Below are positions 36,450 through 48,376 of a DNA stretch of 64,000 nt, piece after piece. The translations under genes were made by a program, and so were the position numbers. The stretch comes from Macrostomum lignano (Eukaryota), in assembly GCA_002269645.1 (NCBI GenBank), contig NIVC01000260.1, positions 679,857-743,856 of the forward strand, read 5' to 3'. The first letter of the stretch is position 1, and every line of letters begins with the position of its first letter. The notes under the pieces are model-generated. The model searched no databases and was not told the origin of the DNA. It worked only from the letters and a program-made list of their open reading frames with translations.

Positions 36450-36610
36450 GCCGTAGCCCAGTGGTCTGAGTGGTGTCGCGCCGCGCTCTGATGTGCCAGC
36501 GGCCCAGGCTCGATTCCAAGTGCAGTTACATTAATCTGTGGCTAAATTGGAATCTCGGCTTGGCTCTGCTCGTGCAATTAACGGCCTTGAGGGCCAACCC
36601 CCAAGGCACA
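36450..36610 (+). mobile_element. Second tRNA-derived SINE-like family (fragment also at ~9083-9115)
   Basis: GGCCGTAGCCCAGTGGTCTGAG (A-box-like) and GGCTCGATTCC (B-box-like); GCTCTGAT.TGCCAGCGGCCCAGGCTCGATTC is shared with 9083-9115. Confidence 0.5.
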
Positions 36611-37659
36611 GTGAGGTGTACATGCCTAACGATAATATAAAGTTATAGGGCCGCTGTACAATCCTGTGCGAGTGTGTGCCTGTGTGTATGACCTGCGTAC
36701 GTATCCGCGCGCATGTGTGCCCGCTCAGAGTCAGAGAAATGGGCAGTAATGCCTCTCGCCTGTTGTATGACAATGTCTCTTAAAGTGCGCCACACATGTA
36801 GGGGGCACACAACCACACAGCACGAATAATAGGTAGAATATTTGTCACTACAGGTATCAGTGAGCAGATCACTAGACAACAGGTAAAAATCAACATAAAG
36901 TCTCTAGGAATAGAAACTTACACCAGAAACTACTTCGCGACCTCGCTTAATTACTTTCATCAAGTTGTAGGTATCTTCCAGGATAGCTTTTAGAACCATC
37001 TTTTTGAGACTGACATGAATTATGCAAAAAGATTGATTGCATGCTAAACTTATATTTAGGTAAGATCTAGGTTTTAAACTTAAACTTTATTTAACAGTCA
37101 GATGAAAATTTGCATTCTTGGAAATTTTTTGCATGCAATTTTCAAAAATCAAGGTGCACACAGACTAAAAATAAAAATAAACCTCCTGCATAATGACCCA
37201 GACTTTAGGGTTTAAACCTGGTTTAAGGATTAGTTTAATTTGAAATGCTTTTTTGTTTACTGATCAGGTAGCATTAAATAAATAGTTTCATAATACTAAA
37301 TAGCTATTATAAGAAATAAATCATTTCATAATAAAAGTACTAATAATTTATGCTCCAAGAACTAACAGTCCATAATATGTAAATTATAGTAGTGGCAGTG
37401 TTATGCTACTCATAGTAAGCATGTGAGAAAATCACTATACTTTAATTTGCTATCTAAGGCAATGAATGGACTACCATGCTAACAAGTAAGCAACTACTTG
37501 ACTAGGCCCATGGGATTATACTCGTACTATAAAGTTGTCATAGCATGACTTCAATTATATCTTATCTTACAATGGCTTTATAAAATGGGCCCTATGACTT
37601 CATATACCTTCTCTTTGGAATTGCAGACCTTTGCAAATAGAGTAACCTAGTACATACAT

Positions 37660-37817
37660 GTGCAACCTTGCGAATCACTCAGCCGTTTCTATTGGCAAAA
37701 TACACATATAAGTTGCTATTGGCTGAGAGCAGTCACGTGACTACTATTCCATCCAATAGCGACTTACATGTGTGTGTGTTGCCAATAGAAATGGCTGGGT
37801 GAATCCTTAGGTTGCAC
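37660..37817. repeat. 158-bp imperfect palindrome centred on GTCACGTGAC, with paired ATTGG/CCAAT boxes
   Basis: The left arm GTGCAACC..CAGCCGTTTCTATTGGCAA..AAGTTGCTATTGG is the reverse complement of the right arm. Confidence 0.85.
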
Positions 37818-39544
37818 CTAAGCATGACTTAGCAGATTCAATAAGTTCATAGCACATTTTTGGCTTGAAAAGCATAAGCTTATATGCAAGTGGCAGTTTA
37901 AATTTTCAAGACTGCTCCATATCATTGGTATTGAATACTAACAAAACCATAAGGGTAAACCACTCTATCTTATAATATTTAAACATCTAATAGAAATACT
38001 ATTTTAATTTTAACCATTTTTAATCAGTATATTTTAATTTATAATTATATTTTTTAATTAATTAGATAATTTATCTATACATTGAAATATCTAAATAATT
38101 TATTGTTTATTATTTATCTATTAATTGTTTAATCAATGGATAATTGGCAAATAGATTATTAAAATATACAAAAAATAGTCTTAAGGAAGGAAGATTTATA
38201 AAAATTAAATTATTTTAAATATACTTATACTGGTACTTCTGTTGTAGGGCTACTTTTCTTATTCCTACTATTGAATATCTTACTTGCTGCCACCAAGTTG
38301 TACTAGGGGTTATTCCTCTGTCTTTATGAATTGTCCTAAAGCTGTTACTGAGTTGTACTAGGGCTATACTTCTTACTATATTAAATGTCCTAATGTTGGT
38401 AGCTGCCACCAAGACTATTCTATTAAAAAATTATAAGTTTATTAATTTTAGATTAAGTCTGAGAAATGTTTCTTAGAATTACTCTGAATATATATCTGAG
38501 TATTTGTCTGAGTATTTATCTAAGCATTAGTCTGAGTATTTGGTCTATGAATTATTCCTAGAATATTATTTAGCCCTTACATGTCTTGTTCTTCTGTTCT
38601 TCTAGTAGCATTCTACTAGTAATTTGGCCTGAGTAATATATTGGTCTACTAGTGTATATACTTTATGTATTTCTAGTCCTAAACATTACCGAGATCAGAG
38701 GGTCACAGCCTCTAGTTATTCTTGCATGTATCAATTTAGGATCTACTTTGTATTCTCTTACTACTTAACACATCTGCCTTTCAGTAGTATATACTGTATA
38801 TGCCTCAGTCTATTTCACTTCACTTCTACAAATGAATTACTCGGAAGACAACTGCAAATATATTTGCTTATAATACTTCTTTCTTAGTATGATCACTTAT
38901 TAATTTTTTGTTAGGAGCTATGCTCAAGCAAGTTGTTCTCTTCTTGGCTTGGATTGCGTCTATTTATACTAATTCTATGAGTGAGTTTAAACAAAATTTA
39001 ATTTGTCAAGATATTGTAGAAAATATATGCATTTTAACAAAAAGTGCTTCTTAGTTTTGGCACGAATTTAAAATGCAATGTATAGTTATTAAATTTGTAA
39101 AAAGAACTAGGAGCCCTACACATTTCTAATAGCATTAATTATCAAATATCATAATGCCCATTATTAAAAATGAGTTCATTATCTTATCACTTATTATTTT
39201 ATTTTAATATTATAACATAACACTGATATTGAATTTTATATTTTCTAGCAGACAAAATGACTGCCAATTCTATTTTTAGTTAGGATAGCAATCTAATGCC
39301 CCCTTCAGGGCACCTAAAAAGTAAGAAGAAAAAATTATTCATGCAAATCCATTAAAGGCACATTTTAAAGAACCAATTCTTTTTTTAGTTTTATAGGCCC
39401 TAAGTCACCTTCTTTGGGTAAAATTGTAATGGACAAAGATGTTTGCTATGAATCTCTTTTTTTAAAGTAATAAATGCACAAAAAAATCATGCCTTCACAA
39501 AGATAATAGGCATTTCTCCTCAGTCAAAAGCACTACCTAGATGG

Positions 39545-39950
39545 CAAGCATCCTCCAAAAAAGCACCCCCAGATAGCAAGCATTCCCCAATAGCAACAGC
39601 AAGCATCCTCCAATAGCAAGCATCCCTTGATAACAAGCATCCCTCAATAGCAAGCAACCCCCAATAGCAAGCATCTCCCAATAGCAAGCATCTCCCAATA
39701 GCAAACATCCCCTGATAGCAAGCATCCCCAAAGAGCAAGCATCCCCTGATAGCAAGCATCCCCAAAGAGAGCAAGCATCCCCTGATAGCAAGCATCCCCA
39801 AAGAGAGCAAGCATCCCCTAATAGCAAACATCCCCAAAGAGAGCAAGCATCCCTTGATAGCAAATATCCCTAAAGAGAGCAAGCATCCCCTGATAGCAAG
39901 CATCCCCAAAGAGAGAAAGCATCCCCTGATAGCAAGAATCCCCCAAATAC
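39545..39950 (+). repeat. Minisatellite of ATAGCAAGCATCCCC-core modules (~17-21 bp)
   Basis: Direct reading. Confidence 0.9.
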
Positions 39951-40679
39951 TAAGAATAGGCCTACAAGTGAATCAAAGTGCAGTGGAATTAACTTTGGCA
40001 TAAGTGAGAAAGAAGGGTTGTAAACTCTTGGCTTAGCTTGGCTTGCCTCAGCTTTATTTGATTTTAGAGATAGTAAACAAGAAACAGCTTGAAAATATAT
40101 TCTATGGTCAAAATGGGACTTGCTACTAGCTAATTAATGTTACAATGGTTAAGAAATCTTAATCAAGTCTTGTGTGCTTTTCTTCAACACTATTTTCAAC
40201 TTGTGATATAATCTTAATCAGAATAGGAATTCAGTTAGTCAGTTTTTTTCTCTAGCATTCTAACATTCTTATAATGCATTTCAAGTCAAAAATCTGTTTG
40301 ACCTTTGCAAAAAATGTTTTTCGAATATTTAATCCCTTTAACATTGAGCAATTTCTTAGCCAAGATGCAATATGAAATGCAATATGAATATGCAATATGC
40401 AATATGCAATATGAAAGCAGCAATATGAAAAGCTTTTCCAGAATCAGAATCGGTTCGGATCTTCCAAGAAAAACAGCATATAACTATTTAATTCTGTTGA
40501 ATGTTTGACTGCCTTAACAACCTCACTTAGCACAATTTTTCACTTTCTTCTTGGCGATTGTCATTTAATAATAAAAACATTATAGCACGTATCTCCCTCT
40601 AGTTATGGAGACAAAAAGTTATACTTCACAAAATGGTTCTGGTTCTGGAACCAGAACAAGCAATACGAAAAGGCCCTAA

Positions 40680-41240
40680 GTAGGACGGTGAGGTGGGGCG
40701 GAGGAAGAATATTTATGCTTGACTTGGCGGTTGCGGATTTTGAACTCGGGGTTTCTTCGAAACCGGTCGTCGTTGCGTTCGCACGAATTGAAGCCGGAAG
40801 ATCGCGCAGATGAATCACAACGGAAGTTTGCCTCCTGTTTTACTCCGACTGCCGGGGTCCTCAAATTCCGGGGGGATCGGTAGTCTCAGTCGTAGGCGGG
40901 CGGTCTTCGTTAGGCGCGAGCGTTCAGTGCGGGTTCTCAGACACCGTGAATTTATGTACCTCATATGCTTATTTCGTTACTAATAGTAGAGTAGCGCTGC
41001 CACCACCGTAATTTGCGTATTACGGAACGTTGGAGTCTTAGAGCTTGCTTCGAGATGAGACGGGGTTATTTTACGCCCCACGGGCAAATGACTCAAGATA
41101 AGCTATGACTTTTAATTAATTGAACAACGAAATTAAGTTGGCTCGCCTAATTTATTAAAAGGCCGATTAAATTAGAGTTAGCTAATATTATTATAGTTCA
41201 ACGAGTACCACGAGAGATGAGACGGTGGTGCCGCGAGGGC
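40680..41240 (-). promoter_or_regulatory. CpG-rich island-like patch at the presumed MLYCD 5' end
   Basis: Dense CpG here contrasts with the nearly CpG-free 37-40.3 kb block. Confidence 0.4.
40724..40964 (-). CDS. MLYCD: Candidate MLYCD first exon (Arg-rich presequence; needs a 1-nt correction in the C6 run near 40870)
   Basis: ATG at 40964 gives MRYINSRCLRTRTERSRLTKTARLRLRLP. Removing one C joins it to ..RRNPEFKIRNRQ with a weak phase-0 donor (CAA|GTCAAG) compatible with the next exon. It lies in a CpG-rich patch. Confidence 0.35.
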
Positions 41241-41760
41241 GACTACAAATTAGCAACTATTGTAATAAATGAATTCCCTGGTAGTACGCACAGGTAATGA
41301 ATCCAATAATAAGAGTTAAACAAAAGGAAAGGAGGAGAAAAGGAGAAGGAGAAAGAGAAGGGTCCATTTAGCAGCCCTCGCATCATATTATTTATAATAT
41401 TAAACAGAACATTTTGTGGCATCAAATGAACAGAAAAAGGAGAAAAAATAATTAAAATGGACCTTAAAGTCATAGTTATGGGCATACGAAAATTAACACT
41501 GGGGAGATGCAGGGCAAAACTAACAACGAACAGAAAAGGGGCTCAATGGCCAGAACCGGGGAGCAGAGGGTCAGAACCAGGGAGCGGGAGATGACGGAAG
41601 GGTGACGTCAGGGCAGCACCTTAAGGTGGACGGAGGAGGGCCAAACCCAGGACAACGGCAAAAAATAACGACCAGAAAACGGGATCCAAAATAAATTTCA
41701 AACAGTTAGTGTGAGGCTCAACCTACCACAACGGGAAACCTCGTTTCTTAGAAAAAATTA

Positions 41761-41925
41761 GAAGGCAGGTTTTCACGAAAAATACACTACACGGAGATAG
41801 GAAGTTTTCATTTTTTCAGCACAAAAATTGTTATTGCTTTTGATAGGAGGCAAATCCAGTGTTCATCTTTTGATAAGTTGTGCCTTTCTTATTGCTCTAT
41901 CGATATTCATGGAGCTTTTCGTTAA
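41761..41925 (+). repeat. Second copy of the 5738-5970 dispersed repeat
   Basis: Direct alignment by eye. Confidence 0.7.
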
Positions 41926-42904
41926 GAAAATTAGGATTCTATGTGAATTTTTATTCTACGTACATTTGCACGTGTCTTGTGCCTAAAAACCATTGAAATG
42001 GCACAGCGCGGCTCTTTGGTTTTATGAGTCTATTTTATCATTCTTAGCTGACTGTGTAACAAATATTTGTAACAGAGATGATAAGATAGATTCATAAAAA
42101 CCAAAGATTCGAGTTGTGTCATGCATTTTTATGAATTTTAGATACAGGAAATGTAGTTTATATAGTAATAAACTCACTGGTACCCCAGTCGCTCTTGCAG
42201 AAAATCCCTCGTGTCTCACAAGCTTTAAGATGAGGAAGAATATATTCTATACGCATTTGGTGTCAATGCAAATGTCTCACATTGTTTTGTGGCAGACGAA
42301 GCCACGCACAGATGATAAAGGCCGGTTCCTCGGGTTAGACATGCATTCTCTGCTACTGCTGCAGCAATTCATCAGAGCAATCGGGTTTAACTGTAGTTAG
42401 CCACAGCGAATTCGTACCAGGAAAAAATTATGTGTACCTGTGTACCGCCTCAGTGCTTGCATTTGCTATTTTGAAACACTACAGTGCTTTCTATTCTGAA
42501 GAAACAGTGTAAACCATTTGCTGCATTAGCGCGGTCGTAATTCCTACATCTATTGTATTGCATTGCATCCGTAGTAACGGAAAAACCCTGTGGAAATTCT
42601 GACGACTTTCCGTATTTCCGCTTCAGCGCGCTTGATACCGATCTTCCTGCTTGGCTGTAGAAAAACTTCTATTGAATGGAGTACTGATGGAAATAAATTA
42701 TAGCATTCGTGGGGAAACTCTTAAGCGATGACGACGACTTGAGGTATGGATCAATCGACTCAGTGAACCTTATCCTTGGCTGGGTTTTTCAATAAATAGT
42801 GCTTATACTGGGTGGAGCCCGAACGCGAAACAAAATTGCAGTGCCAAATATCGTGGTCGCAAAAATTTAAATATTTTTCTAAGTTAAAGAAGCAAAATGG
42901 CAGT

Positions 42905-43663
42905 ATGCAAAATAAAATCATTATAATTATGCTAACCCTGCTGCACAGCAGGCAGCTGACGCCAGTGCAGGCCCAGCTGACCGCGTGCCCCGCTCCGTTC
43001 AGCCTCGAGGCCGGCAAATGCGTGTTCGTGAGCACAGCTCAGAGCTCCACCTGGTGCTCAGCGAATCGGCACTGCGCATCGATCGGAGGCGAGCTGCTCA
43101 ACTCGCACAGCTCGCTGCAGTTGCTGGGCAGCATGCCGAGTCTCAACTGCAGCTGCAACATCTGGCTCGGAGTGTCCGACCTGGCTGAGGAGAGAGGCAC
43201 GAGCAGGTCGGGCTGGCAGCTGGTGAAAGGCAAGGGCATTCTGCCTCTGAATGACTCCCTGTGGCGAACAGGCGATCCAAACAACAGCGGAGGCAACCAG
43301 GACTGCATCGGGCAGTACAATGACGCGGTCGGGAAGCTGTCTGACAACGTCTGCTCGGAACTGTGCGGCTTCGCCTGCGAGTTCGTTGGGGCAGCTCAGC
43401 CTCGCTCTGCCTCTGGCCAACTGTGGCTGCGGACTCCGTTCAAGCGCACCAGCTACAACCCGAGCTCCGAGTACTGCCACGCTGACCTGCTGCAGGTGAA
43501 GAATGCAATGCACTGCGTGACAGCTGGCATGCGTGCGGCCAGCTGCAGACACGTGCTGTACAACAGCAAGCTGAGAGCCTGCCGCCTGCTGCTGTTCACC
43601 GACGCTCAGGTGGACGAGGAGATCGAGACGAGCGCCGACTGGGTCAAGTTCCGCGTGCACTGA
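42905..43663 (+). CDS. Secreted C-type lectin-PAN protein (copy E, ~252 aa, intronless)
   Basis: Signal-like N-terminus from the ATG at 42905; WLGVSD; GDPNN..NQDC (DPN at the EPN position); conserved C-terminal module. Confidence 0.9.
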   Translation: MQNKIIIIMLTLLHSRQLTPVQAQLTACPAPFSLEAGKCVFVSTAQSSTWCSANRHCASIGGELLNSHSSLQLLGSMPSLNCSCNIWLGVSDLAEERGTSRSGWQLVKGKGILPLNDSLWRTGDPNNSGGNQDCIGQYNDAVGKLSDNVCSELCGFACEFVGAAQPRSASGQLWLRTPFKRTSYNPSSEYCHADLLQVKNAMHCVTAGMRAASCRHVLYNSKLRACRLLLFTDAQVDEEIETSADWVKFRVH

Positions 43664-45707
43664 CTTCTGAGCTGCTATCAAGCTAAAGATAAAAATGAAT
43701 TGCCAGTTAGCTCTCCGGCCAAAAGAAACCCACTTAAAGAGTCCTGTTTGACATGCCAAAAAAACCTGCTTCAAGAGAATTTTTTGCCGAATTGTTGAAA
43801 TGTATTCAGACATTTACGGCGTAGAATTAGAGATATGGGGTCAAATAGATCTGATTTACTACTGTGTATTACGCTCCTTGCATGTGAAATAAGATCTACG
43901 GGCTAGGGCTGCTATTCGATGGAGGTGCGATCAGGAGAACTAGACGAAAAACTAAAATTTTAAAGCTAATCAAAAACTGACGAAATGTCACATATTTCAA
44001 GTGCCAGATTCTAGGAGCTCATATTGCATGAAATATGGCACACTCAGACGCTATTGAACCTTCAGGTTCCTCATGCAGTCCTCACCAGTAGTATCGTTAG
44101 TACAGAAAAGCAAACAGGCCGGCATATAAGCAACTCTAAATTTTCAAGGTTAACACCGCATGCAGTATCTGGCACTGTGGCACCATAGATTGATGACTAG
44201 TTATAATAGCGCTGATGCACATATGAGTACTCGTATACACGTAGAACTCGCCGTTCGTCGAGTCGAATATGACAATCTAAACGATATTTAATCGTCAAAA
44301 TTATTCAAAATTGAGAGACAATAATGACCGGTTTGATTAGCCGGCTTGCATAGCGTGGGCTAACCGGCGTTTGCGATTGGCTGGGAGGGGTTGCTTGACT
44401 CCACCCCTGGGGGTGGGTGTGTGGCGTTGGGGTGGGTGGCGCTGCGCCTTTTTAGGCTTCGTCTTAAACTGAGATCGCTGTTTTCGCGGTGTTTAATTTT
44501 TTTGTCGTACGAGCGTATCACAATAAAATGTACATTGACGGCTCGGGCATCGTTTGCGCCACCTGTAGTCTCACCAAGCGGTTTTCGTTGTTGTCTCCCT
44601 TCCTGCCATAGAGCTAAAGTTTCTTTAGTGAGAATTTTATTATATAGGATTCATTTCCTTAAAAGTGACAGGTAAGTGATCATAAATCAAATCCAGGCCC
44701 AGACAGATTGTCTATAGGGCGTAAACTACTCATCAAAAACATATTCCTACAATGAAGCGCAATATTACCAGCAAAAGAAAACACAAACAAGTTCCAGAAT
44801 TAATGAAAAAGAAAACCCTACAAGCCTACTAAGAGTAATGGAAACGGAGATTAGAACTCGATCAGGTGCAATTTGAAAATGAAAACGTGCCTCATCAAGT
44901 TCATGGTTTTGAACGAAGTTCGAACGAACGAGAGTTGCAAGCTTTTGTCAGTGCGATACCCATCTCCGTCATGCCTATTAGCCAGTTTATTCCTGCTCAT
45001 GAGCACAGTTCAGAGATGTAAATTTGATTTTTTTGAATCTTTCAATGGATCTAAACATCCCTCAACTAAAGTAGGCTAACTGCACAGACTCCTTACTGAT
45101 TAATATTGAAACTTTTTCGTTAATTTATAAGCCTCTGTTAAGGTTAAGAAAACGAAAATATGCATTTTGAAGTCGTGTGTGTCCGAATGATTATTGCATG
45201 TGTATTTATTCGATCTTATTTCCTTCTTGATATCTATACTCATAAGTAAACTATGCAGACTGTGCAATGCTAAGCCTAACTGCTATGCAAAAAAGGTACG
45301 CCTCCGTAACCGTATTTTTTTCTCTGAAAAATCGATATTAACACGCAAGAATAAACAAGACTTTCAATAACTATAGCTCGTACTAATAGCAAAACTATCC
45401 CTAAGTGCTAAATCCTTATATTCGAAACATGGTACAAGGCTATTTAAACTTTATAGGGTGAATTCTGTGCGTGCTTAAATTCTAATAGAGGCCAATTGGC
45501 CGTCAAAATCTTTTACTAAGATATATAGCATCGTGCGTTTTGGGTGCCGAGAGTTTCAAACTTGTGCCCAGCTAATATCCTATGAATTTCTAAAACTATT
45601 TCGATTCAATTACCAAGAGTTTAGGCTACTGTTGCCTTGAAAACTCTCGCAAAAAATCTCCGCTTCGTTAACCCTTTGGTCCCGGTGACTCCGATAGATG
45701 AAGCAGC

Positions 45708-46476
45708 TCAGGATTTTCTCCTCCCATGACAACACGCTGGCAGACGGTTCCGGAACAGGGGCACCCTGGCACAATAGATTATCCAATTCACAGAGCAGTT
45801 CACATAGAACAGAAAGCTCAAATTCGTAGCCAGAGCAAAGAGCAGCGACTCAACTTTGCTCGGTGGCAGGGCGCCGCTGTAAAACAGGAACTGAACGAAG
45901 TAAGTCGTAGCGCGAGGCAGACAGCACACCAGAAAGGCGATGGCGAGAGCCACCAGCGTCACGGATGCTCTGATCTCCGACTTGGAGGGAGTCGATGAGG
46001 AATCCGACGCCCCGGCCAGGCGGCTGCTGTTTCTGCGAATCTTGTGGATTTGGTAGCAGAGAAAGCAGTTGGCCAATACCAGCGCAATGCTCGATAAGAA
46101 GCCGTTCATAACCAAATTCGTGTACGCTTGGACCGCAGTTTGCACCGACTTTTCCGTACTAAGAGACATGTAGCAGTACCAGCTTCCGTAGTACTCAAAC
46201 GCGTCGTACACAACCAAGCCGTGAAGCGAGATGACGGCAAACACTGCGATAAAGAGCGAGAGAACCAGACAATATTTACTCTTTGTCATGTGAACCTTGT
46301 GGTGCAGCGGGTACTGAAGAGCGTATATTCTGTCAGCCGCGAGAAGACAGAGCATATTGGCCGACAGACTGTTGCTGAGTATCCAGAAGTAGGCATAGAG
46401 CCGGCAGGCCCAAGTGTTGCTCACGTGAGGCAGAGTCAGATGAACGCCGTAAGTCAGGAAAACGTTAAAGAATGCT
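45708..46476 (-). CDS. Class A (rhodopsin-like, peptide-receptor-like) GPCR, exon 2 (TM3-TM7)
   Basis: C before TM3; ADRIYAL.YP (DRY variant); FLVCCLP in TM6; NCSVNWIIY in TM7; acceptor CTCAG|A in phase 2 matches exon 1. Confidence 0.9.
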
Positions 46477-46774
46477 CTGAGTGTCAGGTAGAGAAATGCA
46501 AAATAGAAAGTAAGATCATCGAGTTTTCAGATTTGCAAATACAAGTTTAGTAAATTGACATTGGCTGTCCTGATTTCACTATAGCTAAATAGAAGATATA
46601 GCATAGAGTTTAGGGGTTTACGAAAAAAACTCCCAGCAACTCTATATCAGGGAAGCCTCTATGGCCGCAGCGACCATAGAGGCTTCCCTGTCTATATGCT
46701 ACATCTCTCATACATCTCAGAAAAATCCACACCTAATCAGTATCATAGTTGAGTGTATCGAGCAAAAAACTTAC

Positions 46775-47016
46775 GAACAAAAAACTGTCGTGAAGTCGGC
46801 CATTGTTATGACAAGCAGCATCAGATCTTTGCCTTTTATATTTCGCCAGTAACGAATTGCGCAATAAAAGACGAACCCGGCTCCTAGGAAGGCCAGGACA
46901 CTGATTACCGGGGCCGCGTACAAGCGTAAAATACTGTGTGCCTCATTCAGCACCTTTAATATTCTTTCCAACTGATCTGAAAAGTTTAAAATGTGGCTTT
47001 TAGCTTTATCTGTCAT
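46775..47016 (-). CDS. Class A GPCR exon 1 (N-terminus, TM1-TM2); spliced product 336 aa
   Basis: YAAPVISVLAFLG (TM1) and LLVITMAD (TM2); donor TC|GTAAGT, phase 2. Confidence 0.85.
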
Positions 47017-47806
47017 GAATATTTTTTACGTTAAATATTCAGAATAGCAGAATGGAACCTAGAAATAATTACTTACCCGAATCGACAGGAGTTGTATTTG
47101 ACATTTTGATCCTGTCTTAATTTTCAATTTTTTGCCACTAAACTTTGTCGCAGAAGCTCGCATATACTGTATATATAGACAGAGGCTCGAGGTCTGCAAT
47201 CCTTCAAGGTGAAACATTTCTTGACGAAAAAGATAATTTTACTAGTTTATCGCAAGATTCATCGGCACAAAGGGCCATTTCCGCGTAGTGTATATGCTGT
47301 TTAACAAAGGACCGGTCCCGTGTTAAAAGTTGCATACAGGACTTTCCATGTACCAACTCTGTTTTCATCATGTAAATTAGGTCCGTAGCTTTGCTTCGCT
47401 TGTCAAAGACAACACGGCCTGCTCAGACTAAAATTTAAACATGTTGAAGGAAATTTTAACCTTAATGTTGTAATGTAAGGCAGCGTGAGACAAATAACAT
47501 GGATATGCGAGAAGCAACTGTTGGATAGAGAGCTCACAGGGGTCTTGGAAGCCCGGTGCGCACTTATATTTACAATATTTATATTGATTTATATTTTAGA
47601 TTTATATTTTAGTAATATTTTTTTATATTATAGATTTATTTAGATACTTATATTTACAATATTTACAATACTTAGCAAACACACAAACCTCCGCCCAGCC
47701 TAGGCCTGTCTAAACAGACAGACAACCCCCCAGCCAATCAGATAGCGAGAACTATAAGCGGTGTGCAAGTCGAATGCTCAACAACAACCCCCCCCCCCCG
47801 AAGCAT

Positions 47807-48376
47807 GGCACAACTTCTTGGCTCGATGACCGATGCCGTTGAAGATCTTCGAGAACTCTCCGGCGATATCAACGATGTCGCTAATCGCGTTGACTCGGAT
47901 TGAGAACTCCTTGCTGTCCAAATCGAGGATGTTGGCACCCGGGCCGTGTGATGAAGAAGCGGTAGGCAGCACAACGTCCAGCTCTGCCGTCCTGAGCATC
48001 GTAAATTGCAGAGCCTGTGTACGACAACAGCTGCTTCGGAGTCGGCGCGATGACCGGTCTCATTGGCAGGCGCTTCACGGTCTTCTCGTTGATGATGTTG
48101 ACTTTTGAGCCCGTGTTCAATAGGAGGCGGATATCGATGTTGGCGCGATGCTGCAAACCACGAAGCTAAAGGGGCGACGTTTAAAATTGTACTGAAGATA
48201 CTTTGAATGGCTCCTCGTCGTCCTTCTTGACGGTGCGTACCTGGCGTTGTCGGTAGCAGGATTTGAAGTGCACAGGCTTTTTGTTCACTGGACACTCTTA
48301 GGCGTTGGTGGCGTACCCGGCCCTCCCGCAGTTGCCGCATGCACCGCGTCTCCGAGCTGGATTTCTGCGGTTCCAA
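47807..48376 (-). mobile_element. Ty3/Gypsy LTR-retrotransposon fragment (gag zinc knuckle, protease, start of RT)
   Basis: CGNCGRAGY..ECP knuckle; LLNTGSKVNII (DTG motif degenerated to NTG); LLSYTG; EFSKIFNGIG; stops and frameshifts. Confidence 0.75.

Noticed and set aside
42812-42904. GTG-initiated N-terminal extension of lectin E (likewise 19486-19551 for D)
   Set aside because: Paralogue alignment and signal-peptide position favour the ATGs at 42905 and 19552.
2228-43663. Diversity-generating retroelement (C-type lectin fold with variable region, RT genes nearby)
   Set aside because: Differences between copies are not confined to adenines, no TR/VR pair is present, and the nearby RTs are LINE/DIRS/Gypsy types.
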